Of a stretch of DNA of 64,000 bases, positions 1-13,035 are shown one piece after another. The position numbers and the translations under genes are program-made. Each line of letters starts with the position of its first letter. The stretch's first letter is position 1. Origin of the DNA: Utricularia gibba (taxonomy: Eukaryota > Plantae > Magnoliophyta); the NCBI GenBank assembly GCA_002189035.1, contig NEEC01000002.1, forward strand, positions 2,108,001 to 2,172,000, written 5' to 3'. The notes below the pieces were generated by a model. It ran no database searches and was not told the origin of the DNA. It saw nothing but the letters and a program-made list of their open reading frames with translations.

Positions 1-63
1 GATTAAACGCAAAGCATTAGCTTGTATATTGGATGTCACACCCACGATTCTATCCGTTTTCAG

Positions 64-1024
64 GATTTCATAAATGAGAACCGTGTTTACATTCTGTCAT
101 ATGATCGTGCCGGCTATGGGGAAAGCGATCCCAATCCCTCAAGATCCGTCAAAAGTGAAGCATATGATATTCAGGAGCTTGCTGACAAGTTGGAACTCGG
201 TCCCAAGTTTTATTTGATTGGCATGTCAATGGGAGCATATGCTGTTTACGGTTGCCTAATGTACATACCACACAGGTAGTTCAAAAATCTTAACAGGAAC
301 ATTTCCTTTGTGCATATGAGATATAGAAATCCCGAATGCTCAGCACCATTGTTTTATCCTTGAGAGGCTGTCAGGAGCTGCGCTTGTTGCTCCATTTATT
401 CACTATTGGTGGCATTGCTTCCCTGCCGAACTACTGAAGGAAGCATTTGATATTTTACTCCCACAAGATCAGTGGACCTTTCGGATTGCGCATTACGCCC
501 CATGGCTATTCAACTGGTGGATGAATCAAAAGTGGTTCCCTTCCTTCAGTGTCCTCCAAGGAAAGCTTGACTATTTCGGCCCTTGGGACCTTGACGTCAT
601 AAAGCAGGCATCTGGAGCTGGAAATGACAGCAGGGTAAGCTTCATCTTCATTACCCGATACCAATAGCTATGATACAAAATGCATTTACAGTCCAGCGCT
701 GACAAGTTCCCTCCTTCCTCCTTCCATTCACAGGAAAAAGTCAGGCAACAAGGCGTTCATGAGTGCTTGCACCGGGATATGATCGCCGGCTTCGGACAGT
801 GGGGTTTCGAGCCAATAGGCATCACTGGTCGGCTTGACAAGAGTGCAACACGCGTTCATGTATGGCAAGGCCGTGAAGACAAATTCCTTTTGTACAAAGT
901 GAATAGATACCTGTCTCTGGAGCTTCTTCCATGGACTGAGTATCACGAAGTAGCCGACGCAGGGCATCTGCTGATCTACGATCCTGCTGTTTGCGAAGCC
1001 GTCTTCATATCGCTCCTGTCGTAA
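64..1024 (+). CDS. Alpha/beta-hydrolase fold protein (plant esterase/lipase-like), 5' part outside window; exons ~64-275, 367-634, 734-1024
   Basis: Spliced translation gives YDRAGYGESDPNP, nucleophile elbow GMSMG, WQGREDK and HEVADAGHL. GT-AG junctions at 276/366 and 635/733 keep the frame; stop at 1022-1024. Confidence 0.85.
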
Positions 1025-1578
1025 GAATGGGAACTCTCCCGCCTTCTCATCAGAATAAGATGAAGCACCCTGCCTCATGGTCGTGTTGTAAAGACGTTAA
1101 AGATGCCTCCTGTATATTTCTTATACCTGCGAGTATTTCGTGATTCGTGCCCAACATTAATATTTTATATACAACAGTTTTTTATTTTAAAGAATTAATT
1201 TTCCTATCGAATACAAATCCTTATTTTTAAATAATTCGAAAATTAAAAAAATATTTTTCATATTAGAATCTTAATTCTAGATAACATAGAATTGCTTGCT
1301 TGGTTCGGATATTGATCATCCTTCACTGAACACGAGATTGGTGTATTCTTCTCGCTGATTAGAACAGACAATGCGCGATGCGTGAAAAAATAGAAACACA
1401 TGTGAAGCGGTTTAAAAGTGACATGAAGAAGATATATGAATGAGGAAGCACCTAAAAGGCTAGTAGACATGCAGCGAACAATCAGTGTGGGATTTATGGG
1501 GGCGGTGTCGTATTGGGCAAAATGAAGGAACAGATCCATGCAGGTAGAGAGAAGCAGAGGGTATGGTTGAGAAAGGTC

Positions 1579-3808
1579 TTAGCTTGCGAGTGTTTGTGAG
1601 GTGGCTTTCTTTATGGCTTCGGCGTACGTCTGGTATTGGTACGTTAGGGTGGAGTCCAGAAGATCCCAGAGCGATGTCTTTGGGCTCCAGCCTGAAACAT
1701 GAAATATGCGCCTGTAAGAAATTATCACAGAAGAAGATTATCGGGATGAGGAAGGAAGGAAGGAAGGAGCGTTCACCAAGCTGTTTGTTTATTATGGTCA
1801 TATCCGGGATCCTCTTGTCGCTGTCATCATATCCTTCGCCGTAGAATTCACTGGAGCTCACATCAATGGTGGGGGCCTCCAGTGAAGGTTCTTTGGTGAC
1901 CTTGGCATAAATCTAGGTACAAGCAAATGTGGATTTAAGAAGATTACGGGGGACAGCTATATGAAATAGACAAAAGGATTACTTACATCCGTCATCATTT
2001 CAGCGAGCTGCCTAACTGTAACCTCATTATTGGGGTTGCCCACATTGAATATTTGGCCATTTGCCCTGTTTGGGTTTTCCTGCAATTTAATGGAGTTGCA
2101 CAATTAACCATATGCGAGCTTAAAGAATAAGAGAGACAAAAGGAAAACCAAAAAGGATAACATACAATCATCAAAAGAACGGCTTCAATGGCATCCTTGA
2201 TGTAAATAAAGGTTCTTTGCGACTGGCCACCATCCACAAGCTTCAGTGGTTCACGTCTTAGAAGATTCTAAAAACAAGCTCGAAGGTCAGTAAGATGGAA
2301 GTAATGGCATCATAAGTGCAGTGAGTTCAGTATCTTACATTGCTGAAGCAAGCAAGGACTCGAGGAACACCCTCGCTAGGGCCGTCAATTCCGGGAATGA
2401 AATCCATCCTAGGACCAATCCAATTGAAGGGCCTCACTATGGTGAACTGAAGACCATTCTCAGCGCCCTCAGCTGCAAAAGCGCAGAATATAAGAACTTG
2501 GAAAAACTTGCCGTCTCAGAAAAAAGAGTTTTTAAGCCATCAACTCACCATAGATTAGCCTCTCTATCAACTGTTTTGCACATGCATATGACCATCTCTG
2601 CTTCTCAATAGGTCCGAATATGCATGGAGAATCATCCTCCTTAAGAACATAATACGCCGGATCCTGACAAAACAAGACCAATGATGATTCAGATTCTAAT
2701 TCACTCTCCCCAGAATGCCGTTCAGGTCTTGAAACACAAACAGAAAAAGACGAAAAATTCTGTTATGGTCTCTCACAAGGCCAATTGACGTAGCGGACTA
2801 CAACATTCTTTACTAGGCCATTCAGGTCACAAAGGATGCCCCCTTAATCAATCTCCCTTTCCAAATGACAGTTACAAAAAAGGAAACAAATGGTTCACCT
2901 GGCGTAATGGACTATCATTTGGTAGAAAGCAACCAATTGTTTTCCCGTAAACTTCACAGGTGGAGAAATGTATTAGCCGCCTGCCATTTTCTGAACAGTA
3001 TTTCACCTAAACGGAAATCAAACAACTTCAAGATAGCACTACACAAAATATGTTGACACGAAGCATGAAGAACAGATGGAAAGCACAAAAACAACTTGGA
3101 AAACTTACCACGGGTAGCGCATCAATGAAATTGCTATAAATCGTGTCAAGAGGACGAGTGTTGTAGTCTGCTGGAGTGCAAATTGCCGCAAGATTTATGG
3201 TCTGCACAACAAAGAAATTGATGGCTAATCTAAAGAAAATCCATGTGCTAAAGCAAAGAGGCGATTGTTCAAAAGTGGAAATAGTGCCATGAACAGTGAC
3301 TAGAAGAATTGAGGATAGATAGGTATTCTACAACGCAATAGCGTCAACGTAGCAAAGACCACCTAGTCTACGGTGTCTACCGGAGCATAAACTTCAGATC
3401 CACATAGATCCATCAAGATCTAACCAAACTTCCATCATTTTATCCAATTTCGCATCATGAAACAAGAAAAACCCGTAAAACCCAGATCAAGCCATACATA
3501 CACTGAAATGCAAAGCAATAAATCGCGAGAAGATTTACAAGATCCGCCATGCGAATGAGGCCTTCGAGGCGAGAGTCGCTCTTAATATTGATACGGTAGA
3601 ACTGTATGCGATCGGCCCAAGGCAGCGACGCTGGTTCGAGTAGATGCTTAATCTTGTCGCTGTAAACGTCCACCGCAAGCACCTTATGTGGCGTCTCGTG
3701 CATCAGCTTCTCGCAGAGGTGCGAACCGATGAATCCTCCAGCACCGATCATGCATATCGTCATCGGGCTGATTACATTCCCGTCCAGATCTACTCGTTTG
3801 TTCGCCAT
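1579..3808 (-). CDS. AXS: UDP-D-apiose/UDP-D-xylose synthase, 9 exons, intact
   Basis: N-terminus MANKRVDLDG..TICMIGAGGFIGSHLCEKLM (GxxGxxG), SDR YACAK, RPFNWIGPRMDFIPGIDGPSEGVPRVLACF, GEGYDDSDKRIPDM. All nine exons traced with GT-AG junctions; TAA at 1579-1581. Confidence 0.95.
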
Positions 3809-4311
3809 TTCCGTCGATAAACCACTTCCGCCACCACCGTCCTCCGAGTGCCGTTTACAGCGTCAGGATTCCGTGACCTGAATGGGGAAAGAGAATGCAG
3901 CCAGAGTGAGGGGGTATTTATTAACTTGCTCTAAATGCATTCCTTTTCCAGTAACATCTTTCAATGCCAGCTGCTTTTATGGCTGAGAGTTCCCCGTGTC
4001 CTCGATCGGCCACGCCGAATCACCGACACGCCAATCAACATCTCATTCAAAAACACCCGTTAAATTAAATAATTATTTTAAATTTTTCAATACGACAAAA
4101 ATGCATATTTATTTTCTTCTAAAATATAGAAAATTGGGAATAAAAGGGATCCACTAAAATAATATATAAAGCATAAGAGATCCAACGGTCAGGAATCCTA
4201 GATGAACGGCGGCCGTCATCCTGGATATTCGTGTGGTTTCCTATCTGTACAGAGCTGTGTGTAGTCATCCTGTGTGCAACTAAAACTGCAGGGAGGAGCC
4301 GCCGCTGCTGG

Positions 4312-7007
4312 TCAGTTATCGTCTGAGAGCCAAAGGGAATCGGGCAGCAATGGAAAGAATGGCAAGTGCATCAGCAGAAGAGCCATAACTATGAAGGGTG
4401 TCACCAGATACGGCTGTCTGCTTCTGGAGCCGCTGTAGACCGGTCGTTCTGGATTGACATACTCCGTCGCATTCCGGCTAGTCGAGACGTTCACCGGCGA
4501 TGAGCCTGAAGGAGCATCAAGGAGGAATTTTTACGAAGAGGGTAGGGGGGGATGAGCTCCGGCTACTTCCATACAGGGTTACATTCAGAGGGTGTTTTGG
4601 TTTGGGAGAACTTACAGTCGTAGCTGACCCATCCGATTCGTTGCCTTTCCAAGTCGTATACAACGATCTTGTCCTTCAAAACAAGGTCTGAGCAAGGAGG
4701 AAAAGACTACTTAACCAGTGATATCGAAAAGCTGCATGAGATGGAAGGTGTTTGAGTAGTTTGCTGATGGATAGAACTCATACCTCCGAGGATTATGAAT
4801 GCTTGACCCTGAACTTGCTGAAACCCCATGCACCAGAATGTAGCTCCGTCCTTCAAAGAGAGAGAGAGAAAAAAAAAAGCAAGACTGAAATAAGAATGGA
4901 AGCCACATAAAAGAAGCTCAAATCCAAAGAATAGGAATTCTCAGCATACAACAGTGCTCTGCAATAGGTAATCTTGTGGATTTAGTTGCATTGTTGCTCC
5001 ACCAGCAAAGTGAAATGAAATGGAAGGGAAAACGTCTGATAAGCTATAGAGTGAAATGAACAATAAGAATTCAGTTTTCCCATGTAAAAAAAAAGGGGGA
5101 AGAGAAATATTTGCATCTCAGGATGAAAACCTGGAAGTAGATAGGAAGCACTGGTTTCCATTGGGACTACCTGTTTGTACTGATCCAGGGAGATTTCCGA
5201 CTATCTGCCACAAAGAGAGTAGCTGCCTCAATCAAGACAGATAATTGATGGTGCCACTAGATAAGAATACACTCTTACTGCACTAAACAAAGGATCAAAA
5301 ATTTGTTGTGGCAGGTATGCTAAGGTTGTCCCAGAGTCAATGATGGTTCCTTGGTTTTGCAACGTCGCAAATGCAGAAGACTCGATGCTTAACCTCATCC
5401 CATTCACAGATATGCCCTCAAGAGCTACGTTGTAATGTGGCCTAGGAATTTAGATGCAGAGATCATCATGAGTAAAAAACTAAACATCTTGATTCAGATG
5501 AATCAAATCAGTTGCAAGTTCTCAATAAAAAGTTTAAATGTCATGCAAACCTATGCAACAAATTCCATCCCGACAAGTAATGAACATCTGGATAAAGCTT
5601 AGCGGGATGATTTGGCTAGCAGAACAACTTAAATGGGCAAAAAGAAAGAATGCGTACTGTGAGGGCACAAGGGGAGTGAAGACTATGTTTGGCTCAACAA
5701 TCTCACCAAGAACCAAAACTCCACCACCACTACTTTGACCACTCAAGCAATGGGAAAATGCTCTTGGAGTGATTCCCTGGGATGAAAGCTGAGAAACAAT
5801 GGACAGTTTTGCCTGGCCAAAACCAAAAATACCATCAACTGCCCTTTCAGACTTTGTAAGGTCTCCTGTCTCTGCAGTGCTGCATCTGAAATAAAAAGGA
5901 AGCATGGCAGGTACTTCGGGATAAAGCACCATAAAGAGTAAAAGTAACCTCGAAATTACTTGGAGTGGCAGTGAAACTCACCCAAAAACAACAGAAGCTG
6001 AAGCATTGGAAGTCAATGAATTTCCAACAACACTGTTGAAGTTCAGCATGTCCGATACATAGTAACCCGAGGTTCCACTGCCATCACCATATTGAAAGAT
6101 ATATGAGCAACGCCCCTGGGTGCAAATAGCATCAGTCGACTGCACTCCGGCAAGACACCTTGGATCATTACACGAAATTGAACCAGCAGTTGATGAGCTC
6201 GAGGGGTCATAAAACTCGAGCTGAAGCTGTTAATTTATAGCAATCATATCAGTGACCCTATTTCCCAAGAAGAAGCAGATCAAACAACTTGGACAGGATG
6301 AACTCACCCGGAGCCCACTTGATCTTGGACACGCAGAACAGGGAACACAATTGACCCACAACACATCACTTCCAGTATCTATCTGAACATAGAACTCCTT
6401 TGGAGGGTTCCCCAAACTCACTGTTGTATAATATAGCCTACGAGACAACATTCACAATGTAGAGAGCAATCTCTGGGACGATCAATAAACACAGGGTATA
6501 AAAGACAAGGCTATGATTATGAAGATCATTCAGGAAAGCAATTGATATTCTTAGCATATTGCTGCAATTCAAAAACTATTTCACATACACATCACATATG
6601 ATTTGGATCTCGAAGGGAAAACAATTTATTCACCAACAAAAAAACAAGAAAGAACTCATAAAAATAAGATACTGCGGCAGCAATTCAGCCAGAAATTGAA
6701 AGTTCGCCAATTCGATGAAACCACTTCATTTAGAAGAATTTCCAGGAAAGTTGCAATCTTGTTGCAACCCCAAAACTTAAACATACCCGACAGTATACGG
6801 ATCATAGGAACCGGAGACCGGAAACTCAACAACACCAGCAGATTGCTGCAAGAATCTGCCATGCCTAACACGGTCCATATCTTTGAGTTGATTAAGCTCC
6901 ATTCCATGGTGCCTACCCCTTTCTAGATTCAAAGTCAAGGTCTCCCCTCCAAGACCCACCGCTGCCGCAAGCAGAAACGCTGCTACCCAAATCGCCCCCG
7001 GCAGCAT
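4312..7007 (-). CDS. Atypical A1 aspartic protease with signal peptide and hydrophobic C-tail, ~10 exons, intact
   Basis: Catalytic motifs [11 protein letters not shown] and [10 protein letters not shown], plus [11 protein letters not shown] and [16 protein letters not shown]. Hydrophobic N-terminus from the ATG at 7007. Confidence 0.9.
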
Positions 7008-7973
7008 TTCCGGGCCACCACCAATATTTCTCCTCTGCCCTATTCCAAGAAACAGATTACGAACAACATGATGCCAAAACAAGCATGAAGCTTCCTTATA
7101 TCAACAGGGAGGTTTCCTACACACGAAAGGAATGACTGAATAATCAAGAGTCACTGCGAGTACCAAAGGCAGAAGGCAGCAGAGTTTAACTTGAGTCCAA
7201 CTACGGCTTTCACAGCTCCCAAGGATTACACACCGCTGAGTACGAGCCACTCCATTCCATCACATCCCTTGCATTCGAACGCGTCGCCGTCGGCAGTTAT
7301 CCGCCACAACGCCGTCGGCAAATTACCTATTTTTAAAATTTATAAATAAATATTTAAAATAATACTACAATTGTTTAATTAAGAAATTTACTCGAGAAAA
7401 GATTTTTGAAAATATAATTAAATAAACTAGGCAGTATTTTATAAACTAGATGTATTCAATACACCACGTGAAGAAACATGAAACTCTTTTGATACGTGAT
7501 TAAATATATTTTAAATTAATAGTATGATATGTTTTATATTAAATTGTATATTTATTTCTTCTTTATTTCTAAATAAATATAAAACCAATCATTTAAAATT
7601 AAATTTTAAGTATATTTTCATTACAGAATATAGCACATTTAAATTTATCTAATAAATACCTTCTAAATTTAAAATTATAAAATATATTTTATCTTAAATC
7701 ATATTCTTAAAATCTTAAATTAACTTACAAACAGAACGTAAATGGTTGATTAGATGTAATTTTTTAACGAATTTTTATGATCATATTATTATTTTAATAT
7801 TATAATATGGTAATTATCAGAGCACGATGAAAGGAATAAAGCAAAATTAAAAGAGAGTCAAAAGGTGAGTCTGATGTCGTGTTGTTTGAAAATGACACCC
7901 CAGCAGCAGCAACCACACTTCTACTGTACAAGATTCGTGGTCACCAGCTTTGGTCTCCGACGCCCTCAATCAT

Positions 7974-8543
7974 TCACTCTTTCTGCTCTGTTTGATGACC
8001 GGAATTGATTGATTCTGTGAAGCTAAGCTGGTTATCGGAAGCTTCTGAGAAGGATCTCTTCCTTCCGCTGCTGCCGAACTGCTGCGGCAGGATCACCGGG
8101 GGCGGAGGAATCTGGTGCGCGTTCAACGGCGGGGGTGGGTGGCGCCACTGCGGCAGAGGCCCGGCGAGTAGGAGCGTCTGTAACAGGGGCCCTGCTGTCA
8201 TCACCGCCTCTAGAAGCTTCCCCTTCTCCGGCAACGCCCTCTGCACTGTCACTGGGGACACGATGCTCTCGTCGGATTCCGGGGACGAGTTAGATTCGAT
8301 CTCCCTTCTGGGATCCTCTCCCCCGCGGGAATACCGGAGCTGACGGTGGAGCAAAGCGTTCTCCTCCGCCATTCTCCGGCATTTCTCTTGAGCCTCTTCC
8401 TTTTCTTTTACTGTGGCGTGCAGAAGCTCCGTCAGCTGAGAAATCTGCATATCCTTATGCCCCAGCTCCCTGGCAGCCATTCTTTTAACACCCTCGAGCT
8501 TGATCGTCAGGAAAAGTGAGTCCCTGAGCTCCTCCTCCTCCAT
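7974..8543 (-). CDS. DUF1635 family coiled-coil protein (a short upstream exon may be missing)
   Basis: Contains LPEKGKLLEAVMTAGPLLQTLLLAGPLPQWRHPPPPL, the signature block of DUF1635 proteins, preceded by a coiled-coil MEEEELRDSL..KEKEEAQEKC. Confidence 0.85.
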   Translation of the reverse strand: MEEEELRDSLFLTIKLEGVKRMAARELGHKDMQISQLTELLHATVKEKEEAQEKCRRMAEENALLHRQLRYSRGGEDPRREIESNSSPESDESIVSPVTVQRALPEKGKLLEAVMTAGPLLQTLLLAGPLPQWRHPPPPLNAHQIPPPPVILPQQFGSSGRKRSFSEASDNQLSFTESINSGHQTEQKE

Positions 8544-8595
8544 GCTCCGAAAGATTGCAAAGAAGTGAAGTAAGTACGAGGTTTGTCAGTGACGG

Positions 8596-8619
8596 GAAGA
8601 AGAAGAAGAAGAAGAAGAA
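8596..8619. repeat. (GAA)8 microsatellite upstream of the DUF1635 ORF
   Basis: Direct reading of the sequence. Confidence 0.9.
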
Positions 8620-9208
8620 AAGCCAATTGCAGGAAATGAGTGTGGCAGAAGGAGAGTCAGAGACCGCTGCACATCATCATCACCATTTTTTTATTCATAC
8701 GGAAACTCAACACCATTGTCAAAAGGCAGGGGAGGGGGAGTTGGGTAATTACAACAACTTCTGGGCCATTCTGAAAACAAGTTTTAATTTTATTATTAAA
8801 TATAAATATTTTTTTATTCAAAAATAAAAATCCAAAAGAGTTTTTTAAAAATAATTTTCTTGAAAATTGATGCTTTTTTCTTATTTTTAATTTTTAAAAA
8901 AAAAATTTACAACTTATTAAAAATAAAAAAATATTTTTAATTTTGAAGTTTTTAAAATGATTTTTTTTCAAATAAAAAAGGATTCAAAACAAAACTTGAC
9001 TTATGCTTAACCAAATTTTTTTTTTTGTTGATCCCGGTCTAAGGTGGTTTGACAACATCCGGTTCACTCCGAATATCCCTTGGAAAGAATTTAACCATTC
9101 TGATTTTATCTCTGATATAATAAGATCAATTTTTTATACATAATTTTTCAAACCTACTCAAGGAATTATGTCTATTTTTCTAATAATCGCTCTATCCACA
9201 CGCAAGTG

Positions 9209-9275
9209 CGTACGTCATTGGGCACGTAGTTCATAAATGAAGGGCTAAGTTTTCAGCGCTCTGAGTTAGTCGTCA
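9209..9275 (+). promoter_or_regulatory. ocs/as-1-like bZIP (TGA) elements upstream of the tau GST
   Basis: Two ACGT cores 12 bp apart (9212 and 9224; TACGTCAttgggCACGTAG) and a further CGTCA at 9271-9275, just before a TATA-like CTATTTAG. The 12-bp spacing is the established as-1/ocs geometry, typical of GSTU promoters. Confidence 0.55.
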
Positions 9276-9362
9276 TCGCCTATTTAGAGCACTGAGAAGT
9301 GCTCGCCGTTTCAGTACGAAAGAAGCGGGTAGCTCGTCCCTCTGCTAAAGAAAGAAACCGCC

Positions 9363-10112
9363 ATGCCTTCGGTGAAGCTTCTGGGGACGAGGCATAGCCA
9401 GTTCGTGATACGGGCACGCATTGCCCTGGATCTAAAGGGTATCAAGTACGAGTTCGTAGAGGAGAATTTGCGTTCCAAGAGTGATCTTCTCCTCAAGTCG
9501 AACCCCGTCTACAAGAAAGTTCCAGTTCTCATCCATGGCGATCACCCCGTCTGCGAATCTCTAGTCATTCTTCAGTATATCGATGAGGCTTGGTCGACCG
9601 GGCACCACATCCTCCCCACGGATGCGTATGGTCGCGCCGTGGCTCGCTTCTGGGCTTCTTACATCGATGAAAAGGTCTGGTCTGGTCTGATTTCCCACTC
9701 CATTTTTGGAATCCGTTGACTTTATGCTGTCTGGTGTGCAGTGGTTTCCATCTGTTAGGGGAATCGAACGAGCAGAAGGGGAAGAGCGGAAGAAGAAGTT
9801 GGAGGAATTCAGTGAGGGAGCCGCTTTGCTGGAAACGGCCTTCGTAAGCATAAGCAAAGGGAAGAAGTTCTTTGGGGAGAAAGGATTGGATATTTGGACA
9901 TTGTAGCAGGGTGCTTCCTTCCCCGGATTAACGCTGTAGGCGCGGTGCATGGCGTCAAGCTGATCGATGAGGCCAAGACCCCTCATTTATTCAAATGGGC
10001 TCATGCTTTTTCCTCCGATCCGGCGGTGAAGCCGAACTTGCCCAAAACCGAAGAGCTCGTCGAGTTAACCAAAGCTCGCGCGGCTAGGCCTAACGCGTCG
10101 GCGCAGCACTGA
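9363..10112 (+). CDS. GSTU17: Tau-class glutathione S-transferase (GSTU17-like); exons 9363-9674 and 9742-10112; apparent 1-bp frameshift at 9874-9877
   Basis: [46 protein letters not shown] and [14 protein letters not shown]. The C-terminal domain is split over two frames at tttggggagaaagg. Confidence 0.88.
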
Positions 10113-10593
10113 GTTGCCATGAACTCGACCCTTCGCGTCCGCCGGTGTCATCTTCCTATGTTCCCACAGTCAGCTTCCTTTTCGAATAAAGGACTGTTTT
10201 TTATTAGCAGATTTAGAATAATGATAAAAAAAATTATAGTGATCTTCTTATCTTGTTGTTAGTATATGCAATGACTGTTCCTAGAGAAAGTTGATGCATG
10301 CATTCACGAGTCAGAATCACTGTTAAATGCCATTCATTGCAGCTGAAGATCGATTGATGGTTTCTGTGTATCAGACTATCCATCTTCTTCTTCACTAGTT
10401 CTGTAAGTAACCTTTTGTATTCAGCGTGATTGGGGATATGATGAAGCTCTGGATATGATTTTCATGTTCCAAATCATGTGAGGAACAAGTAGAGACGGGC
10501 GGGAAAATCAAAGACAGCCATTGAAAGTAAGCAGATAGATGCGCAGTGAAGAGACTGCACAGCACAGATGACAGTGAATTGTTTCTCTACATA

Positions 10594-12011
10594 TCACTCT
10601 CTCCTCATTTTGGTGTTTAGAGGCTTTTCTTTGTAAGACTCAACCTTCTCAGCTGCCTTCCTCAGTGGCCGGGAGATTGAGATTCTCCGTTCCCAGAGAC
10701 GGCTACCGCCAGTTGATGCTATCTCAGGGTGGTACTTGGCATCCATCTCTAACATGGTATCCTCTTGGTCATCACTTCTGGACAGGAAATTTGCTGACTT
10801 TCGCCTCAGGCATCGCCTGAAATGATGAATGCAGGATAAGAAGAATTGGGTTACAGTGTGATTATGCATTGAGTACCTCTTTGTCAGTAGAACCTCCCTC
10901 TCAGCACGTTGATCAGACTCTGATGTTGGACGAGATCCCGTTGCTGCATGGAAAGATAATGAAAATCACTCTCTGAATGGAGGAGATTTGTTTTGTTTTT
11001 CAAGAACCATACATCTACTTCGATGGAAACTGCATCTAGTGTTCGCACTGATAACGCAGTCATTAGTTGCTTGGTCTACATCCTGGAAACAAACATGATC
11101 AGAAAACCAAGCGTAGACAGTTCTTCTCAGGCCAAACGGTGAATTCAGGCAGGCATGGACCTTGAGTTCAGAAATTTTATAGCTTTCTTCCCGGTAATCC
11201 TGGTAAGAGTTAGCTGGGAGTTTAGAGCAGATCAACTTCAAATCAAAGTCATGAGGATTAGCTCAAGTTTACTTGCAGATTCTTCGCTTTAAAAAGAGCT
11301 TCTGTGCACTCGATCTCATGTTGCATTGCCTTCAACTGAGAAAAGATGAGCCAATTACAGATTCATAGCATCAGTTAGTTTGAGCTGGGAAATTTCCAAT
11401 TTACTTACTTTTTCTCTATTCAAATGAAGTTCCTGAAGAAAATGCAAAGGGAAAACTCCACGAATCAGAAGAGGCAGAGACCGACAATAAAACTGCAACA
11501 TCTAAAGTAAAGTAAAACAAAGCAGACCGCTGAAATGTGGCTGTTAGCTTGTGCAAGACTCCAGTTCTGCAGCTTCAATTTCTGGATGGATGCCACCATG
11601 TTCTGAATGTCTACTCCACACAACTCTATAATTTTACTGCTACCAAACATTCAGGAATAAAAAAAACAATGTAACATAACCGAAGCATTCGAAAGAGAAA
11701 ATAGCTTTTACTGTACTTCTTCTCTTGAATAAGGTTGATCATAGCGTTCTTTTCCTGCCCCAGAATGCATTCGACATACCCTTAGCAGAAAATCAGCCAG
11801 AATCTCATCACGGGTATGATTAAAAAATGGAACTTTTCGGTACCTTAAGCAAATTTTCTATCTGCTCCCTGGCGGAAGAAGAATCAAGCGGCGGTTTTTC
11901 AGAAACAAGAGAAGATTTGTGCTGCGGCAGATAATTAGTGATATCGGAGAGCCTCCTTCTAACCAAGCTCCCAAACGAAGGCCCTTTTCCTGTATTAGCA
12001 GAAGCTTCCAT
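10594..12011 (-). CDS. SGO1: Shugoshin (centromeric cohesin protector), compact multi-exon gene, intact
   Basis: N-terminal RRRLSDITN, coiled coil KLQNWSLAQANSHISAELHLNREKLKAMQHE, and C-terminal basic SGO motif RPLRKAAEKVESYKEKPLNTKMRRE. Exons traced with GT-AG junctions. Confidence 0.88.
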
Positions 12012-13035
12012 CTTACACACAATGTCACATAAATTATAACCAGAACAAGCAACTCCACACTCCAAGATCAACAAATGGGTTTTATAGGCGCATCGGGATA
12101 CTAAGACCCAGAAGAGTAAAAGCGAATTGATCTCTCAGGAGGCAGCGAAACTGGGGGGAAATGGCAAAAAGATAAAGGCGAAAGGCCGTTAAAGAGGAGC
12201 AGGTTTTCAAATTTGGACAAGCTTCCCGAACCAGAGGAATGGCTCTTGGCAGCCAAACAAGTATTTTAAAGATCGGAGTCTCGGACTGATCTTCTAAACG
12301 TGGAAAAACACTAGAAAATTGCATAAAAAACCTTAATTTTAACATTTTGATAAAATTAGTCCTCAAAATGTAAATTAAATTACATAATTCATCTCCTATT
12401 GATAAACTTAATCCCTATAATTTCATGTATTCGTATTATTAATTTAAAAAATTTGATATCTGGTATAGTTAATTTGAAATATAAAATTTAAACATACTAA
12501 AGAAATACTAAAATACTAAAATATTGATAACAATTTTTTAAACATTAGCGACCAATTTTGTCAATATATTATAAAATAGAAATACATTTTAACACTATTG
12601 TAAAATATTATAAAAAAATTATAAAAAAAAAACAATTTTCACAAATATTGGATACTGTTAGCTTCAACTATATCCAAAAACACCAAGCCTGATCTTCCAC
12701 GTAGACTTGCTAGAAAAACGGCCACGTCACAAAAGAAAGGAATAAACACATTCATTGATATTAAATAGAGACTGGGCTTGGGCTCGGGCTCGCATTCTCT
12801 CAGCGTTGGGCTATTTTAAATAATTGGTCATTTTGTTATTGATACATATTTTTTTATTTTTATAACGATAAAAAATTAAAAATATTTAATCGTGAATAAT
12901 TATTTGTTTAAAAAAATTACGCTATTTTGTTACAAAGTAATTAATAATAAATATATGTCATCAAAATTCAAATTTCAAATGGTAAAAAATTTTAATACTT
13001 TGAAAAGTCCGACGGCCATTGCACCCCGAGGACGG

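Noticed and set aside
4312-4360. Charged extension ([10 protein letters not shown]) after the hydrophobic tail of the aspartic protease, atypical for a GPI signal
   Set aside because: No reference is available to distinguish natural tail variation, a transmembrane anchor or another indel; not supportable from the sequence alone.
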